Shown in pieces: positions 16,845 through 23,690 of a stretch of 64,000 nt of DNA. This stretch comes from an uncultured Verrucomicrobiota bacterium (lineage in GTDB: Bacteria; Verrucomicrobiota; Verrucomicrobiia; Limisphaerales; UBA1319): positions 8,429 to 72,428 of the forward strand of contig CAYPCQ010000025.1 of assembly GCA_964409245.1 (NCBI GenBank), read 5' to 3'. Position 1 is the first letter of the stretch. Each line of letters starts with the position of its first letter. The notes under the pieces were generated by a model. The model ran no database searches and was not told the origin of the DNA. It saw only the letters and a list, made by a program, of their open reading frames with translations. A program made the translations under genes and the position numbers.

Positions 16845-18041
16845 TTATTTGCTGATCGGGCTGGACGGCTGTTTCAAGCTCTTTTTTTTTAAGAAGGCCA
16901 GGACAATGCTGCCGGCGGCACAGGCCCCGGGGATTTGCATGGTTTGAGCCAGCTCTTCCAAATCTTCCGACGGCTCCCCGGAATCGGCTTCCTCCGGGCC
17001 GGCGTTGCCAGTGAAAAGCTGCTTCAGGGCGCGGTCCAACTGCTCCCGCATAAGCTGGGGCGAGGCGAGCGGGGAGGATTGCATGCGATGCGGCAGGGCC
17101 AGCCGGGCCGCCGCCGCCAGGTCTTCCTGGTCGAGTTTGGATTTTTCCAGGAACGCGGCGTGGGCGCGGGCGGTTTTCAGCAAGGTGATGTCCGCCCGGT
17201 GGCCTTGCACCGCCAATTCCCGGCCAAGGCGGACCGTCCACTCCAGGAACTGATCGTCCCAGCGGGTGGCGGCCAGGTTTTGGCGGGCGGCCCGGATTTG
17301 CTCCGCGTAAAGCTGGCAGTCGGAATCCCACTGGGTGGCATACAGTTCCGGGTCGGCCTCGTAAGCCAGGCGGCGGCGCAGGATTTCCTGGCGGGCAGCC
17401 AGATCCGTGATTTGCTCCACGTTGACACACAAGCCAAACCGGTCCAGGAACTGGGGCCGCAATTCCCCCTCCTCCGGATTCATGGTGCCGACCAGCATGA
17501 ACCGGGCGGGATGCGACAGGGATATGCCCTCCCGCTCCACGCAATTCCATCCCGAAGCGGCGGCGTCCAGCAGCATATCCACCAGATGGTCATCCAGCAG
17601 GTTGACTTCATCCACGTATAGAATGCCCCGGTTGGCGGAGGCGAGCAGGCCGGGCTCGAATTGGCGGCGGCCGGTGGCGAGGGCCTTTTCCAGGTGCAGG
17701 GTTCCCACCAGGCGGTCCTCGGTGGTGTTGAGCGGCAGTTCCACAAAAGGCGTCGGACGGTGGACCGCTGCGCCCCCGGGCGGGAGGCCATCCAGCAGAA
17801 ACGGCGCCGCCGGGCTGGAGTTGAACGGGCAGCCCTCCAGCACTTCAATGGCGGGCAGCAGGCTGCCCAAGGCCCGGGCGGCGGTGGATTTGCCCGTGCC
17901 TTTGTGCCCCCGGATCAAAACCCCGCCAATGGCGGGATCCACCGCGTTGAGCAACAGGGCGGCTTTCAAGGCGTCCTGGCCGACGATAGCCGGCAATGGG
18001 AAACCGGCTTCTTTCATGGCAAAACAAATGTTTCCACACAT
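16845..18041 (-). CDS. AAA+ ATPase, magnesium-chelatase subunit I (ChlI/BchI)-like
   Basis: IVGQDALKAALLLNAVDPAIGGVLIRGHKGTGKST (Walker A), ILYVDEVNLLDDHLVD (Walker B), and an acidic C-terminal tail EEADSGEPSEDLEEL. An alternative start is ATG 18017. Confidence 0.88.
   Translation of the reverse strand: MCGNICFAMKEAGFPLPAIVGQDALKAALLLNAVDPAIGGVLIRGHKGTGKSTAARALGSLLPAIEVLEGCPFNSSPAAPFLLDGLPPGGAAVHRPTPFVELPLNTTEDRLVGTLHLEKALATGRRQFEPGLLASANRGILYVDEVNLLDDHLVDMLLDAAASGWNCVEREGISLSHPARFMLVGTMNPEEGELRPQFLDRFGLCVNVEQITDLAARQEILRRRLAYEADPELYATQWDSDCQLYAEQIRAARQNLAATRWDDQFLEWTVRLGRELAVQGHRADITLLKTARAHAAFLEKSKLDQEDLAAAARLALPHRMQSSPLASPQLMREQLDRALKQLFTGNAGPEEADSGEPSEDLEELAQTMQIPGACAAGSIVLAFLKKKSLKQPSSPISK
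16881..16890 (-). other. A9 homopolymer containing the A_AAA_AAG heptamer (candidate -1 frameshift site or homopolymer length error)
   Basis: In the ChlI-like zero frame the minus strand reads TTA AAA AAA AAG AGC. The -1 frame reads CTT AAA AAA AAA GAG CTT GAA, which is the vWA frame (KKKELETAV). Confidence 0.4.
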
Positions 18042-18178
18042 CCAGGATAGGGATTCCCCACCCCGTTTTCAATGGGGATAATGAGCCCCACGCGGCGGCC
18101 GGCTCATGGCCTGCCAGCCCAGGCGGCGGGCCCGGCCAGCCCGCTTTCAAGGCGCCGGGGCGAAGGCGCTGGTGGGGA

Positions 18179-20593
18179 TCACGGCCGCGCCAGCCGGAAA
18201 TACCGGGGCTGATTGCCGAATTGATTGGTCGAGCGGTATTGGCCGCCGGTCAGGACCGCCTCTTCCGGCGCGGGCAACCAGGCTGCTTGCGGACCCAGCA
18301 CGCTGGTGGATTGCAGGATGAAGCCGGTCAACGATCCGGGCCAGCTTAACACCAACTGGCTGCCTTGCCGGCCGGCCTGGAGGACCGGGGCATCCTGGAC
18401 CGCGCTGACCTCCACGGTGCCCTGGTTGGTGGTGGAGAGGCCACCAGCCTTGGCCACCAACTGCCATTGGTAGGCGCCCGCCGCGGCATAAACGTGCGTC
18501 GCATACTGATCCCGGCCGGGGGCGGTGTTGTCGCCGAAGTCCCAGCTGAATTCCACCGGCACCGAGGGGGCGCTGGTTTTAAGCTTGGCCCAGAAGGGAA
18601 TCGTTTGATGAGCGGCCGCCTGGGGGGGAGCCAGCACGGAGCTTTCCAAGGTGTAAAGCCCGGCCGTCACGTTCACATTCACGGTTCCCAGGTTGGAATC
18701 CGTGGCGCCGTCGCGGGCCGCAAAAGTGAAGGAGTCGGCCCCGGTGTAACCGGTTTCCGGGTAATAAGCCGCCACGCGGTTGGAGAGCCCCACCGTGCCG
18801 TGAACCGGCTGCGCTACGATGCGGAAAACCAAGGTGTTGCCATCCGCATCCGTGCCGCTCAGGTCCACCGTGGCGGGCTGGCTGTAAGTGGTTTGAAGGC
18901 TGACATTTTGGACCGCGGGAGCCCGGTTGGGGTTGGCATTGTCATTGCCCGGCCCGTTATGGCAGGTGTAGCAGCCGATCTGGAATCCGCGCCAGAAACG
19001 CCTGGTTCCCATGGCGCTCAAGGTCCGGTCCGCCAGGGCTTGCGAAAGCGCCGTGCCACGGTAATCCGCGCCATGGCAGGGCTTGCAGGTGGCGGTGCCG
19101 TTGCGCTCGGCGTAACCGGGATGCGCGCCCACCCAGGCCTGCCCGATTCCATGCAGGCCGTGGGGGCCGCCGCTGGCCGTGTTGGGCATGGCCGGGTGGC
19201 AGGCGGTGCATTCGCTCACCAGGCCCGCATGCCCCTGCAGAGCCTGGCTTTGCACATTGTCATTGGGCTCGCTGGAAGGATATTCCGCGTGCGGCGGCCC
19301 ATGGCACGCCGAACACGCCAGGCCCCCGTGCCCCTGGGAGAACCGGTAGAGGGAAAAGCCTGCGGACGGCACATTGGTCTGGGTGGCGAACCGGGTGCTG
19401 GCCGCCTGCCGCACCTGGTTGGAGGCGTCGAAAACCGAGGTGTATCGCAGCAGGCCGCGGTTGGTGACGGCGTCGCCCGTGTGGCAGCTCTGGCATTGCG
19501 GCTCGTCCAGCCAGCCGGTGCGGCTGGCTGCGGCCACCCGGCTGATGGCGCCATGGCAGCTCTGGCATTGCATCGCCAGGCGGCCATCCGGCCCCACCGC
19601 CGAGCCCATCGCCCCGCGCAGGCAGCGGGTGTCGGAACCAGGGTGGCACCGGTAGCAGGCAGAGCGGTTGTCGGAGGCATTCAGGACCGTGCCGGTCGTG
19701 GGATCGGTCGCATAGGTGTGGCGGTCGTGGATGACCTGGGTCAGCGACGTCAACCGGCTGTGGCCGGAGCCGGGCAGGGCGTTGGATTGGTGGCAGCGCG
19801 CGCATAGGATCGGCTGGCCCTGTTGCACGGTTGCATACAAACCGTTGGTATCGTACCCGGCTTGGGCCAGGTGGCCGGCATAATAGTTGTTGAATTGGAG
19901 GTTTTCGTCGTGCAGGCGCAAAATATTCAGTTTGTAATCCTTTTGGCGGTCATAGTGCCAGACCCAGCCTCCCCTTGGTTTGGCTTCGGGCGAAGCGCCG
20001 GATTGATGGCAGGTGCGGCAATCCATCTCGTCCGAGACGGGGAGCACGATGTCCGTGTGGGCCAGGCCGGTCCCGGCGGCGTTGCGGGCCGTGAGCCGCA
20101 GCATCGGGTAGGAGTTGTTTTGCCCGGCATCATCGTAGGGCACGATCGGGATGCCTTCGGCCGAGAACCACTTAAGGGCGGAACTGTAGCCCATAGACTG
20201 GGGTTGGTTGCCGGGGCCCGGCATCGCATAGCCGCCCAACCCCATGTCCGGCGCCAGGTTCGTCCCGTAAAGAACCGGCGCAAAATCCCAGAAATTCACC
20301 TTCCCCTGGGAGGTGGTGTTGATGGATCCCTGCGGGTCAGCCACCGCTTCATAGGTGGCCGCCAGGCGGTTGGTGCCGGTGGCCAGTTTGCCATCCTGGA
20401 TCACCTGCGCGTGAATCGTGTTGAAGGGCGGCAGCAGGGAAAAAACGGAATCATCCTTGCCATCCATGCAATGCATGCCCAAGTCGTTCCAGCCCATGAC
20501 CACCGTTTTGGTTTGGGCGGTTGTTTGAACCGTGCACCAGGCCAGCACCATCACGGATGCGCGCCACACCATTCGTCTGACACCTGATTTCAT
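18179..20593 (-). CDS. secreted multiheme c-type cytochrome (9 CXXCH) with C-terminal Ig-like and PKD modules
   Basis: Signal peptide MVWRASVMVLAWCTVQTTAQ. Nine CXXCH motifs: CRTCH, CARCH, CYRCH, CQSCH, CQSCH, CSACH, CTACH, CKPCH, CYTCH. Cadherin/Ig-like segment LVFRIVAQPVHGTV..YTGADSFTFAARDG. PKD-like segment FSWDFGDNT..YATHVYAAAGAYQW. Terminal segment LSWP..GF.LQ..W..RYFRLARP. Confidence 0.88.
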   Translation of the reverse strand: MKSGVRRMVWRASVMVLAWCTVQTTAQTKTVVMGWNDLGMHCMDGKDDSVFSLLPPFNTIHAQVIQDGKLATGTNRLAATYEAVADPQGSINTTSQGKVNFWDFAPVLYGTNLAPDMGLGGYAMPGPGNQPQSMGYSSALKWFSAEGIPIVPYDDAGQNNSYPMLRLTARNAAGTGLAHTDIVLPVSDEMDCRTCHQSGASPEAKPRGGWVWHYDRQKDYKLNILRLHDENLQFNNYYAGHLAQAGYDTNGLYATVQQGQPILCARCHQSNALPGSGHSRLTSLTQVIHDRHTYATDPTTGTVLNASDNRSACYRCHPGSDTRCLRGAMGSAVGPDGRLAMQCQSCHGAISRVAAASRTGWLDEPQCQSCHTGDAVTNRGLLRYTSVFDASNQVRQAASTRFATQTNVPSAGFSLYRFSQGHGGLACSACHGPPHAEYPSSEPNDNVQSQALQGHAGLVSECTACHPAMPNTASGGPHGLHGIGQAWVGAHPGYAERNGTATCKPCHGADYRGTALSQALADRTLSAMGTRRFWRGFQIGCYTCHNGPGNDNANPNRAPAVQNVSLQTTYSQPATVDLSGTDADGNTLVFRIVAQPVHGTVGLSNRVAAYYPETGYTGADSFTFAARDGATDSNLGTVNVNVTAGLYTLESSVLAPPQAAAHQTIPFWAKLKTSAPSVPVEFSWDFGDNTAPGRDQYATHVYAAAGAYQWQLVAKAGGLSTTNQGTVEVSAVQDAPVLQAGRQGSQLVLSWPGSLTGFILQSTSVLGPQAAWLPAPEEAVLTGGQYRSTNQFGNQPRYFRLARP

Positions 20594-20895
20594 ATCTTCA
20601 TTTCGGTTTGGAATCCTGCAAGCCGGCCATGGGAAAAAACCATCGGCTTGGATCTCCTGTTGCTTGAGTCTGAATATCTAATAGAAATCATTACCTTGGC
20701 AAGCGAGAAATCCGGCAAATTCCAGTGCGGCAGCCGCCGAGAGGCCCGCCAAACCGCAGGGCGGCGGGCGGCGGGGATGGGAATTGGGGATTTGACTCCC
20801 TGCCGCAATGGCCTTTAATGGGCGAATGCCAGCCGGTTTGGCCCGGCGCCCATGGGTGTCCAGGACCGGCCCAAACCGGCCCGGCGGTTATCAGC

Positions 20896-21534
20896 ATGAG
20901 CTTTAACAAAATGAGCTGGAGAAACGCGTGGCGCCTGCTCTGGGGGGTGGGGCTGGCGCTGCCAGCCGGGTGTTTTGCGGCCCAGGCGCTTCCGGCGGCT
21001 GCCCAACTCTTTATTGGCTGGGAAGTCTCCGGCACGGCTGGCCCCGGCAGGCTGGAGGTGGCCAAGGAAAATCCTGGCCCCGGGCCGGTCATCCTGACCC
21101 CGGGCCGGTTTCAGACCGTGCAACTGGGCGCCGAGACGGTCTTGGAAGCAACCGCCACCGGGAAAACCCCTTTGCAGTTCCAATGGCAATTAAACGGCAG
21201 CGACCTGCCGGGTGCCACCAATGGCACGCTGCGCCTGCCCGGCATCCAGCCGGAGCAGGCGGGAACCTACTCGGTGAAAGTCACGGATGCCGGGGGCGCC
21301 GCCAGCGCGGTCATCGCCCGCCTGGCCGTGCTGGATCTGCGCCTGTGCGCGGGCGTGATGGTGGCGGGCAAGACGGGGAGCGTTTACCGAGTGGAATATG
21401 CCGAGGCCACCGGGGACGCCAACCAATGGCAGCTTTTGGGCCTGCTGACCCTGAGCAACAATCCCTCCTATTTCATGGACGCCGGATCCCCGTTCAACAA
21501 AAAGCGGCGATACCGTGCGACCCTGGTTCCCTGA
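20896..21534 (+). CDS. secreted immunoglobulin (I-set-like) domain protein
   Basis: ORF 20725..21534 trimmed to ATG 20896 (MSFNKMSW). Signal peptide LLWGVGLALPAGCFAAQA. Ig pattern PLQFQWQLNGSDLPGATNGTLRLPGIQPEQAGTYSVKVTD. Ends in RRYRATLVP. Confidence 0.75.
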   Translation: MSFNKMSWRNAWRLLWGVGLALPAGCFAAQALPAAAQLFIGWEVSGTAGPGRLEVAKENPGPGPVILTPGRFQTVQLGAETVLEATATGKTPLQFQWQLNGSDLPGATNGTLRLPGIQPEQAGTYSVKVTDAGGAASAVIARLAVLDLRLCAGVMVAGKTGSVYRVEYAEATGDANQWQLLGLLTLSNNPSYFMDAGSPFNKKRRYRATLVP

Positions 21535-21564
21535 GGCCATGAATGCCCCTGCTTCCTGGCGCTT

Positions 21565-22434
21565 ATGCCTCCTGCCATGAACCCGCGCCCCCTGGCTTGG
21601 ATAACCGGAGCGGGCGGCTTGATCGGCCACCAGCTGGTGGCGCTGGCTGAGCAATACGCGCCCAATTACCAAATCGAGCCTTTGACCCGCCAGCGCCTGA
21701 ACCTGGTTGATTTTACGGCGGTAAAGGAATTTTTTGAAACCCGCCCGCCCCAGCTCATCATCCATTGCGCAGCGATGAGCAAAAGCCCCGCTTGCGAGGC
21801 CACCCCTGCCCTGGCGCGCCAGGTGAATGTGGAGGCCACGCAGAGGCTGGCTGGCCTGGCGGCGGATATTCCGTTCCTGTTTTTTTCCACGGACCTCGTG
21901 TTCGACGGAAAAACCGGCTTTTACGACGAATCAGCGGCGGTGAATCCCTTGAATGTTTACGGTGAAACCAAGGCTGTGGCGGAGCGGATTGTGCTGGATA
22001 ATCCCCGGCACACGGTGATCCGCACCTCGCTCAACGGCGGGACTTCGCCCACGGGAGATCGCGGCTTCAACGAAGAAATGCGCCGGGGCTGGCTGGCTGG
22101 CCGCGCCCTGCGCCTGTTCACGGACGAATACCGCTCGCCTTTGCCGGCGGCGGTCACCGCCCGGGCGGTATGGAGCCTGGCCGCCTCCGGGGCTTGCGGT
22201 TTATTTCATCTCGCGGGCGGCGCGCGGCTTTCCCGCTGGGAGATCGGCCGGCTGGTGGCGGATCGCTGGCCGCAGTTGCATCCCCGGATCGAGGCTGCTT
22301 CCCTGCGTCAATATGAAGGCCCTCCCCGGGCACCGGACACCGCCCTGAATTGCGCCAAAATCCAAGCCCGCCTGCCTTTCCCGCTGCCCGGCCTTGGCGA
22401 ATGGCTGGCGGCCAATCCAGCGGCGGAGTTTTAG
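21565..22434 (+). CDS. dTDP-4-dehydrorhamnose reductase (RmlD)-like SDR
   Basis: ITGAGGLIGHQL nucleotide-binding motif, catalytic NVYGETKAVAE (YxxxK), and an RmlD-like substrate-binding C-terminus. Confidence 0.8.
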   Translation: MPPAMNPRPLAWITGAGGLIGHQLVALAEQYAPNYQIEPLTRQRLNLVDFTAVKEFFETRPPQLIIHCAAMSKSPACEATPALARQVNVEATQRLAGLAADIPFLFFSTDLVFDGKTGFYDESAAVNPLNVYGETKAVAERIVLDNPRHTVIRTSLNGGTSPTGDRGFNEEMRRGWLAGRALRLFTDEYRSPLPAAVTARAVWSLAASGACGLFHLAGGARLSRWEIGRLVADRWPQLHPRIEAASLRQYEGPPRAPDTALNCAKIQARLPFPLPGLGEWLAANPAAEF

Positions 22435-22439
22435 CCGGA

Positions 22440-22706
22440 TCAGCGCCTGCCCCATCCCGGCCGGCCGCCGTTGAAGCTGGGCGCCGGGCCTGGTTTGCGT
22501 CCGTAGTGATCGACCAGCATCTTGTTGGCCTGGGCGATGGTGGCGGGATTGGACCCCTGGCTGTCTTTCGCGCAGCGGAACTGGCCATCCCCATCCAACT
22601 GCAATTCCATCAAGGGAAAGCGGCGGCCACAAGCAACGCACGTTTCCAAGTGTTCGTTGCTCAGGTCCAAATCACCCATATATTCCAAAAACTGTTCCAT
22701 GTTCAT
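22440..22706 (-). CDS. small hypothetical protein
   Basis: 88-aa ORF starting MNMEQFLEYMGDLDL, with a CxxC pair (CVACGRRF) and a Gly/Pro-rich basic tail. Convergent with the RmlD-like gene. No family recognised. Confidence 0.4.
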   Translation of the reverse strand: MNMEQFLEYMGDLDLSNEHLETCVACGRRFPLMELQLDGDGQFRCAKDSQGSNPATIAQANKMLVDHYGRKPGPAPSFNGGRPGWGRR

Positions 22707-23453
22707 TCAGCGTTCCCGGGCGGCGGCTCCAGCCCCTTCCCTCCCCAACCGTCAGCCAGGCGATGCAAAGTAATCCAGTTCCACGGTTTGCGAAATACAA
22801 AATTCAAGGCCGGGCGGGCAGCCCATTTGGGCCGGACCAATCATGGGGCAGGAAGGAGGCCGGAGGCGGCTTCTTTTCCACCGGCTGGCGGATTCGCCAT
22901 TTTGCGGTCGGATGGCTTCGCCGCGGGCGCGGACCGCCTGCCCCGGCGTTTGGCCAAGACGGCCAGCATGGTCGTCTTGGCCACCCCCACTAGGTTGGGC
23001 ATCTCGTTCATGCCAGTATTTGCAGCATTTTCCATGCCAGCATAAACATAAGTATATCTTGATTATTAAATAAGCATGCCTTTGTCAGCCGGAACGTAGT
23101 TTTCACGCGCGTTTCCGCTTGGCCGGGCGCTGTTTCCCCTCCATGCGTGAATTTTTAGCGCGTTATCGTTGCCCGTGAACCCAACCATCCCCACCCAATT
23201 CCAGTGGGGCCTGGGATCTGATTCACGCCGAAATTGGGGAGGAGCGCTCAACACGCTTGCGCCAGGAATCATCTAAAAGTAAGGTGGCCACGCGATGGGG
23301 GCGCCCGGTGAATGATTGCGCCCGGTTAACAGCTCCTTACATTAACCTGAGCCGTGTCCCGGCTTGTTTTTGGTTTTTAATTCGCCGGCCAGCCGCCGGC
23401 CAGGGAGCTGTGGCGGCTGTTTTGCCCGTCGCCTGGCAACACCTGAATCCAAA

Positions 23454-23690
23454 ATGGATAACGATATCGAACGCAACCTGGGCGAGCAACCGCTGGCGGC
23501 CATCATGCAGGAGCTCCACTTGAAACCACACGATCTGGTGGCGGCTTCCACCGATCAGATCACCCACAAAATGGTTTCCCGGGCCTGGAAAGGCCGGCGG
23601 TTGACACCGCGGGTGCAGGACAAGATCCTCGCGGCCTTGAACCGCGCCACCAGCCGCAAGTATGCCCTCCCGGATCTGTTCAATTATTGA
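23454..23690 (+). CDS. small hypothetical protein (78 aa)
   Basis: ORF 23364..23690 trimmed to ATG 23454 (MDNDIERNLGEQPL). Plausible helical, HTH-like composition (LTPRVQDKILAALN). The 3' end overlaps the RND gene stop by 7 nt (convergent). Confidence 0.45.
   Translation: MDNDIERNLGEQPLAAIMQELHLKPHDLVAASTDQITHKMVSRAWKGRRLTPRVQDKILAALNRATSRKYALPDLFNY

Noticed and set aside
16834-17550. Upstream extension of the vWA ORF (track model 16027..17550), which overlaps the ChlI-like gene by ~700 nt.
   Set aside because: The extension translates to Pro/Gly/Arg-rich sequence with no domain, and it overlaps a well-supported AAA+ gene in another frame. The real vWA coding part begins near the ChlI-like stop, either through a TTG start or by frameshift/fusion.
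18101-18116. Minus-strand TGGCAGGCCATGAGCC upstream of the ChlI-like gene, with sigma54-like spacing.
   Set aside because: The -12 region retains only the GC dinucleotide (GAGC instead of TTGC or ATGC). This is indistinguishable from chance in GC-rich DNA.
20649-20664. TGGATCTCCTGTTGCT on the plus strand between the cytochrome and the Ig-protein genes: correct GG/GC spacing and a perfect TTGCT -12 box.
   Set aside because: The -24 element is poor (TGGATCT versus TGGCACG) and the site is ~230 nt from the nearest plus-strand start. I kept it as a weak candidate only.
22841-23035. 64-aa minus-strand ORF whose N-terminus (MPNLVGVAKTTMLAVLAKRRG) vaguely resembles a Fis-type HTH.
   Set aside because: The similarity is short and weak, the rest is low-complexity Ala/Pro/Gly, and there is no SD. 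It may be a relic, but I cannot support it as a gene.
23433-23449. TGGCAACACCTGAATCC (and the similar TGGCAAGCGAGAAATCC near 20696), sharing the pattern TGGCAA-N5-(G/A)AATCC.
   Set aside because: There is no GC at the -12 position, so these are not sigma54 sites. One copy sits only ~5 nt before a start codon. Two occurrences are too few to call a motif.
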